DNA from: Campylobacteraceae bacterium
GTDB lineage: Bacteria > Campylobacterota > Campylobacteria > Campylobacterales > Sulfurovaceae
Direction: 5' to 3'
Assembly (NCBI GenBank): GCA_027023325.1
Contig: JALVVQ010000257.1
Coordinates: 1 to 30,262, forward strand
Length of the DNA stretch: 30,262 nt
The stretch's first letter is position 1, and each line of letters begins with the position of its first letter. The position numbers and the translations under genes are program-made. This document shows positions 25,566-30,262 of this stretch, piece after piece. The notes beneath the pieces are model-generated. The model did no database searches. It was not told where the DNA came from and worked only from the letters and a program-made list of their open reading frames with translations.

Positions 25566-25566
25566 G

Positions 25567-26253
25567 TTAGATGCCTCCAAATTTTCTGTCTCTATGCTGA
25601 AACTGCTCAATGATCTCTTCAAGTTCCTGAGGTGAGAAATCAGGCCAGAGTGTCTCGGTGAAGAACATTTCGCTATAGCTTAGCTGCCAAAGTAGAAAAT
25701 TGGAAAGGCGCTGCTCTCCGCTGGTGCGTATTAGTAGATCAATATCACTGTAGGGGCTGTCCAGTGCAGCAGAGAGACTCTCTTCTGTCAGGGGCTCATC
25801 TCGAGAGATGACACGGTTGGCGGCACGGACGATCTCATCACGGCTACCATAGTTGAGTGCCAGCACCTGTACCAGTTTTTTATTGTGCTTGGTGGCTTCT
25901 TTTGTCTTTTCGATGGTTTTCTTCAGTTTGGGTGAAAAAGGAGCGAGATCCCCCACTGTCTCAAAGCGGGTATCAAGTTCCATATAGGTATCAAGTTCAT
26001 TTTTCAGATAGTCATTCAGCAGCTTCATCAAAAAGTTGACTTCCATCTTGGGGCGTTTCCAATTTTCTGTGCTGAAGGCATAGAGGGTCAGTGTCTTTAT
26101 GGTCTCATGGGTAGAGCAGTAGGTGGTGATGGCTCTGACAGTCTCAGCACCGACTTTGTGTCCTTGTGTGCGTACTTTTCCACGCTTCTTGGCCCATCTG
26201 CCATTGCCATCCATGATGATGGCAAGATGCCGCAAGGTATTGGTTTTACTCAT
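25567..26253 (-). CDS. uppS: Undecaprenyl diphosphate synthase
   Basis: HLAIIMDGNGRWA, YAFSTENWKRP, NYGSRDE and IRTSGEQRLSNF. Confidence 0.95.
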   Translation of the reverse strand: MSKTNTLRHLAIIMDGNGRWAKKRGKVRTQGHKVGAETVRAITTYCSTHETIKTLTLYAFSTENWKRPKMEVNFLMKLLNDYLKNELDTYMELDTRFETVGDLAPFSPKLKKTIEKTKEATKHNKKLVQVLALNYGSRDEIVRAANRVISRDEPLTEESLSAALDSPYSDIDLLIRTSGEQRLSNFLLWQLSYSEMFFTETLWPDFSPQELEEIIEQFQHRDRKFGGI

Positions 26254-27538
26254 ACTTACCCTTTTCTAATAGCCTGCTTTCCAAAAGCATGCTTTGTTCC
26301 AGAATCTTAAAGGAGAGAGAAAGCTTGTCCCTTTTTTCAAGAGCAAGTGCCTCTGACTCTGTGATAAAAGTGATCTCATGCTCTCTGCTGCCAAAGCTCT
26401 GACTGTCTTTGAGTAGATTATAGCAGACCGCTGTTACCCCTTTATTAGTGATGAGGTTTTTGGCATTGTCTAGCCCATTCTGACTGTCCATCTCTGCCTT
26501 GAAGCCTACAGTGATGATCCCCTCTTTGTTAACAGATTTCAGGATATCCTCTGTCTGCTTGAGATCTATCATCCACTCTTCTCCCAGTTGGGATTTTTTG
26601 AGCTTGCCGCTTTGGGGATAGGTGGGGGTAAAGTCTGCAACCGCTGCTACCATGAAGAGGTAGGGTGTCTTCTGTATCATCCCGACCGCTTCGGGGTTGT
26701 TGAGACTGGGCTTGCTCATGGTGCCTTTTTTGGCTACCCTGACGGCATCTGTGGTGTATTCAAGCATCTCAGCCGCATCCTCTATGTCTATAGTGTAGAT
26801 CTCTTCAGGCAGATCATCGTGCGGCACGGTAGAGATGTAACAGACATCAGCCCCCTTGAGATAGAGTGCAGTGGCAAGGGATTTCGCCATTTTCCCACTG
26901 GAGTAGTTGCTGAGGTAGCGTACCTCATCGATCTTCTCTCTGGTACCGCCACCAGTCACCACTACTTTGCGGTCTTGCCAGAAATCCTCTTCCAATAGAG
27001 CCTTGCAGCCCTGATAAAAGATTTCCAATGGATCACTCAATGCACCATTGCCCTCATCTCCGCACGCCAGCAGCTTCTCCTGTGGGGTAATAATACGGAT
27101 ATCATTGACTGCGAGCATCTTGAGAGAGCCTTCTGTATAGTGGTTGGCGATCATCTGGGTATTGGCTGCCGGGGCGATCAGCAGGGTACCGCTGTATGCC
27201 AATGCTGTCTGGAGCAGCAGGGTGTCAGCGATGCCTTTACTCAGTTTGTTGATCGTGTTGGCGGTGGCAGGGGCAATGAGGAAGATATCCGCTTTTTTAC
27301 CGATATCGATATGGTTCAAGTCAGAGCTCCAGCTCTCACTCTCTTCGTGCAGTACGGGATTATGGGTCAATGCCTCAAAAGTGAGTGCCGAGACAAAGCG
27401 CTGTGCACTGCTGCTCATGATCACATGGACATCGGCACCCGCCTTGATAAAAAGTCTGGCAACCTCACAGGCTTTGTAGGCAGCAATAGAGCCAGTGATG
27501 CCCAGCAGTACGGTTTTTCCCTGAAGATTGATCTGCAT
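26246..27538 (-). CDS. coaBC: Phosphopantothenoylcysteine decarboxylase/ligase
   Basis: GITGSIAAYK, APATANT, VTGGGTRE, SNYSSGKM, AAVADF and VGFKAE. Confidence 0.95.
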   Translation of the reverse strand: MQINLQGKTVLLGITGSIAAYKACEVARLFIKAGADVHVIMSSSAQRFVSALTFEALTHNPVLHEESESWSSDLNHIDIGKKADIFLIAPATANTINKLSKGIADTLLLQTALAYSGTLLIAPAANTQMIANHYTEGSLKMLAVNDIRIITPQEKLLACGDEGNGALSDPLEIFYQGCKALLEEDFWQDRKVVVTGGGTREKIDEVRYLSNYSSGKMAKSLATALYLKGADVCYISTVPHDDLPEEIYTIDIEDAAEMLEYTTDAVRVAKKGTMSKPSLNNPEAVGMIQKTPYLFMVAAVADFTPTYPQSGKLKKSQLGEEWMIDLKQTEDILKSVNKEGIITVGFKAEMDSQNGLDNAKNLITNKGVTAVCYNLLKDSQSFGSREHEITFITESEALALEKRDKLSLSFKILEQSMLLESRLLEKGKYE

Positions 27539-28834
27539 TTATCCCTCTTTCCCAAAAAACTTATAGAAGAAGTCTTGAACCGTCTTAAGCGGAGCTCTGG
27601 AGATGGCCAATGCTCCCTTTTGGATATCTTTGTTGACAGTGCTTCCAGCTGCGATTATTACATCATCTGCGATCGTGACTGGAGCGATCAGCTGTGTATC
27701 GGAGCCCACGAAGACATTTTTGCCAATGGTGGTCTGGTACTTCTTTTTGCCGTCATAATTGCAGGTGATGACACCGGCACCGATATTGGAGCCCTCATCG
27801 ATCTGACTGTCCCCGATATAGGAGAGGTGACCGGCCTTGACGCCAGTCAGTGTCGATTTTTTGACCTCGACGAAGTTGCCGACATGGCTGCTTTTGAGTA
27901 CAGTATCAGGTCGTATTCGCCCCATGGGACCCACATCAGAGTCTTCTATGTGAGAGGATTCGATCACTGAGTGTGCCTTGATGTGCGCGCATATCAGTCT
28001 GCTCTCCCCCAGGATCGTTACACCGTTTTCCAGTAGGCACTCCCCCTCAAAAGAGGCACGACTGTCGATATAGATGGTCTCTGGCAGACGCATGGTCACG
28101 CCTTGCATCATCAGTGCTTCCTTGATACGATTTTGCATAAAGCGTTCGGCATTGGCAAGATCGAGCTTGGAGTTGACCCCCTGAAACTCTTCCTCTTGCA
28201 CGATGACAGGATGCACCTCTCTGTTATCTGCTACGGCCATCTGTACGATATCAGTCAGGTAGTACTCTGACTGGGCGTTGTCATTGCTGAGTTTGGGGAT
28301 ATATGCTTCGAGTACCCTGCGTGAGACGCAGTAGACACCAGCATTGAGCTCTCGGATCTGTTTCTGCTCTGGAGAGCAATCTTTGTCTTCGATAATCTTT
28401 TGCACTTTATTGTTCTCAATGACCACGCGACCATAGGCATAAGGTTTGTCTGGTACGATGATACTCATGTTGATGTCTGCATCGCCCTCTGCCAGTAGTC
28501 TGAGAGAGCTTTCGGTCAGCAGCGGCATGTCACCATTGAGGATCAGAGTACACTCATGCAGGGTTTTGACGCCACGCATAGCGCCCCCAGTACCGGGGAA
28601 TTGCAGTGCATCCTGTGTATGAAAGCGTATGCCTTCGTAGGCAGTTTCTATCTGCTGCTGGATACGCTCTGCCTGATGGTAGAGTACGACAGTGATATCA
28701 TCAGAGACTGCCTGTGCTGCATCAATGGTGTGAAAAAGCATGGGCTTTCCGGAGATCTCATGAAGTACTTTGGGGGTATCAGATTTCATTCTGGTTCCCT
28801 GTCCCGCTGCCAATATCACCACACTTAACGCCAT
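27539..28834 (-). CDS. glmU: Bifunctional UDP-GlcNAc pyrophosphorylase / glucosamine-1-phosphate acetyltransferase
   Basis: LAAGQGTRMKS, EYYLTD, GNFVEVK, HLSYIGD, NIGAG and CNYDG. Confidence 0.96.
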   Translation of the reverse strand: MALSVVILAAGQGTRMKSDTPKVLHEISGKPMLFHTIDAAQAVSDDITVVLYHQAERIQQQIETAYEGIRFHTQDALQFPGTGGAMRGVKTLHECTLILNGDMPLLTESSLRLLAEGDADINMSIIVPDKPYAYGRVVIENNKVQKIIEDKDCSPEQKQIRELNAGVYCVSRRVLEAYIPKLSNDNAQSEYYLTDIVQMAVADNREVHPVIVQEEEFQGVNSKLDLANAERFMQNRIKEALMMQGVTMRLPETIYIDSRASFEGECLLENGVTILGESRLICAHIKAHSVIESSHIEDSDVGPMGRIRPDTVLKSSHVGNFVEVKKSTLTGVKAGHLSYIGDSQIDEGSNIGAGVITCNYDGKKKYQTTIGKNVFVGSDTQLIAPVTIADDVIIAAGSTVNKDIQKGALAISRAPLKTVQDFFYKFFGKEG

Positions 28835-28921
28835 CGTAGTACCTTTTTGCTAAAATAGCAGGTATTATATCCAAACTCCAATAAAGGGTGCCTCTACTAA
28901 TGAGGCAATACCTGAAGGTTA

Positions 28922-30040
28922 ATGATTTTGCACTGTAGACATTTTGGGGCATGCGGCTCCTGTGGACTTTTTGAAATGGGCTATGAAGCACAGCTACAAG
29001 CCAAGACGGAGAAGGTCAGTGAACTACTGGCACCTTTTTATACCGATACGCTAGAGATATTCTCCTCTCCGCAGAGCCATTATCGTGCCAGAGCAGAGTT
29101 TCGTATCTGGCATGAGGGGGAGCAGTGCCACTATGCAATGGGCAGACTAGATCGCAATGGTGCGGTGAATATCTCGGAATGTCCCAAAGTGATCGAGCCG
29201 ATAGAGCGCAGAATGTGGGATCTGCTGGAGAGTATCAATGCGCACAGGGAGCTCTCTCACAGGCTCTTTGCTATAGAATTTTTGGCGACTACCACGGATG
29301 CATGTTTGGTGACGCTGATCTACCACCGCAAGCTGACAGAGGAGTGGATCGCCCAAGCCCGCCTGCTCGAGCAGCAGCATGGTGCCACCATTATCGGCAG
29401 AAGCCGCAAGCAAAAAGAGGTACTCTCTCAGTCCTATGTCACAGAACGATTGTCAATAGACGGCAGGGATTACAGCTATCGTTACTACGAGGGGGGATTT
29501 ACCCAGCCAAACCCTGCAGTCAATGTCAAGATGATCACCTGGGCCAAACAGCACGCAGCGATGGCAAATACCGGTGATCTTCTGGAGAGCTACTGCGGTC
29601 TTGGCAACTTTACACTGCCCTTGTCGGAACTGTTTACAAAAGTGTTGGCAACCGAGATCAGCAAAAACTCCATCAAGGCGGCACAGGAGAACTGTGCGCT
29701 CAACGGTGTAGAGAACATCACCTTCGTGCGTCTCAGCTCCGAAGAGATGACAGAGGCACTGGAGCGCAAGCGGGAGTTTAGGCGGCTGTCAGAGGTAGAC
29801 CTGGACAGCTATAATTTCAGCTGCGTACTGGTCGATCCTCCCAGAGCGGGGCTAGATGAGGCGACGATCACCCTGATCTCAGGTATCGAGCATATCCTCT
29901 ATATCTCCTGCAACCCAGAAACCCTCGCCAGAGATCTAGAGACCCTGACCCAGACACACAGTGTACAAGATGCAGTACTGTTTGACCAGTTCCCGCATAC
30001 TTCTCATGTAGAGAGTGGGGTATTTTTGAAGCGGTTGTAG
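28922..30040 (+). CDS. trmA: tRNA/tmRNA (uracil-5-)-methyltransferase
   Basis: YRARAEFRIWH, FTQPN, LLESYCGLGNFT, VDPPRAG, YISCNP and DQFPHTSHVE. Confidence 0.93.
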   Translation: MILHCRHFGACGSCGLFEMGYEAQLQAKTEKVSELLAPFYTDTLEIFSSPQSHYRARAEFRIWHEGEQCHYAMGRLDRNGAVNISECPKVIEPIERRMWDLLESINAHRELSHRLFAIEFLATTTDACLVTLIYHRKLTEEWIAQARLLEQQHGATIIGRSRKQKEVLSQSYVTERLSIDGRDYSYRYYEGGFTQPNPAVNVKMITWAKQHAAMANTGDLLESYCGLGNFTLPLSELFTKVLATEISKNSIKAAQENCALNGVENITFVRLSSEEMTEALERKREFRRLSEVDLDSYNFSCVLVDPPRAGLDEATITLISGIEHILYISCNPETLARDLETLTQTHSVQDAVLFDQFPHTSHVESGVFLKRL

Positions 30041-30060
30041 AGGTGCTCTAGGACGCATCT
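30037..30060 (+). repeat. Possible GTAG REP-like hairpin (GTAG-AGGTGC-TCTAGGAC-GCATCT)
   Basis: GTAG contains the trmA stop codon. The 6-bp stem has one G-T pair. It could instead be a plain terminator hairpin. Confidence 0.4.
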
Positions 30061-30093
30061 ATAACCGCTTAGACGGCTTATGTAAAGGGGATA

Positions 30094-30123
30094 CACAATC
30101 TCTTCACAAATGTGTTGTACAAT
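30094..30123 (+). promoter_or_regulatory. CACAA direct repeat at 11-bp spacing upstream of a TACAAT -10
   Basis: CACAA at 30094 and 30105, TACAAT at 30118-30123, and an AAGGA RBS before the ATG at 30153. Confidence 0.4.
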
Positions 30124-30152
30124 TCAAAATCATCAAACGAAAAGGATAAAAA

Positions 30153-30262
30153 ATGAAAAAATTTATTAACTCTACAGTAATAGCAGTTTTTGTATCAATG
30201 GGTCTTAGCCTAGGCGCTTCAGCACAACAAGCACCAAACTCAAAACCTATGCAAGCCAAAAA
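30153..30262 (+). CDS. 5' fragment of a secreted protein (MKKFINSTVIAVFVSMGLSLGASAQQAPNSKPMQAK...)
   Basis: RBS, ATG and a Sec signal peptide ending ASA-Q. Open to the window edge. Confidence 0.7.
   Translation, partial: MKKFINSTVIAVFVSMGLSLGASAQQAPNSKPMQAK

Noticed and set aside
25566-25622. N-terminal extension of the prepilin peptidase ORF
   Set aside because: It overlaps uppS by 56 nt. The ATG at 25565 directly follows the uppS stop and gives a typical N-terminus.
27140-27970. 276-aa plus-strand ORF
   Set aside because: It is antisense to coaBC and glmU, has no recognisable motif and is typical of shadow ORFs.
28889-28907. Hairpin TGCCTC-TACTAAT-GAGGCA upstream of trmA
   Set aside because: The 6-bp stem is short, and the minus-strand GTAG lies partly in the loop rather than 5' of the stem, so it does not fit the REP pattern. 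There is no evidence of function.
1-30262. rRNA, tRNA, integrase, transposase, prophage or defence genes
   Set aside because: None was recognised by eye on either strand. A covariance-model scan would be needed to exclude small RNAs.

Overview
Mostly core chromosome of a Campylobacterota bacterium, probably Sulfurovum-like (inferred from gene content, gene order and TGnTATAAT promoters). The window holds about 27 protein genes. Housekeeping genes include glcD (partial), an M23 peptidase, a NUDIX hydrolase, aguB/aguA, alr, nadE, a SpoU methylase, dsbD, the glmU-coaBC-uppS-prepilin peptidase-lptF/G-truA operon and trmA. No rRNA, tRNA, CRISPR array or transposase was seen. Two things stand out. 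(1) A tightly coupled five-gene unit at 16569-23088 encodes a MerR-type regulator, an MFS-fused Aas acyltransferase/acyl-ACP synthetase, a small membrane protein, a divergent Lgt-like diacylglyceryl transferase and a multi-metal radical SAM enzyme. The radical SAM motif layout resembles the COG1964 / MJ0619 / Tes (GDGT-MAS) lipid C-C coupling family, so this is a candidate uncharacterised lipid or lipoprotein modification system. (2) A dispersed family of GTAG-footed REP-like hairpins includes an inverted REPIN-like doublet with a compensatory base-pair change. These sit in 5' UTRs and convergent gene junctions, next to AATT-core heptamer tandem repeats. All functional calls come from motif recognition by eye; no database search was run.
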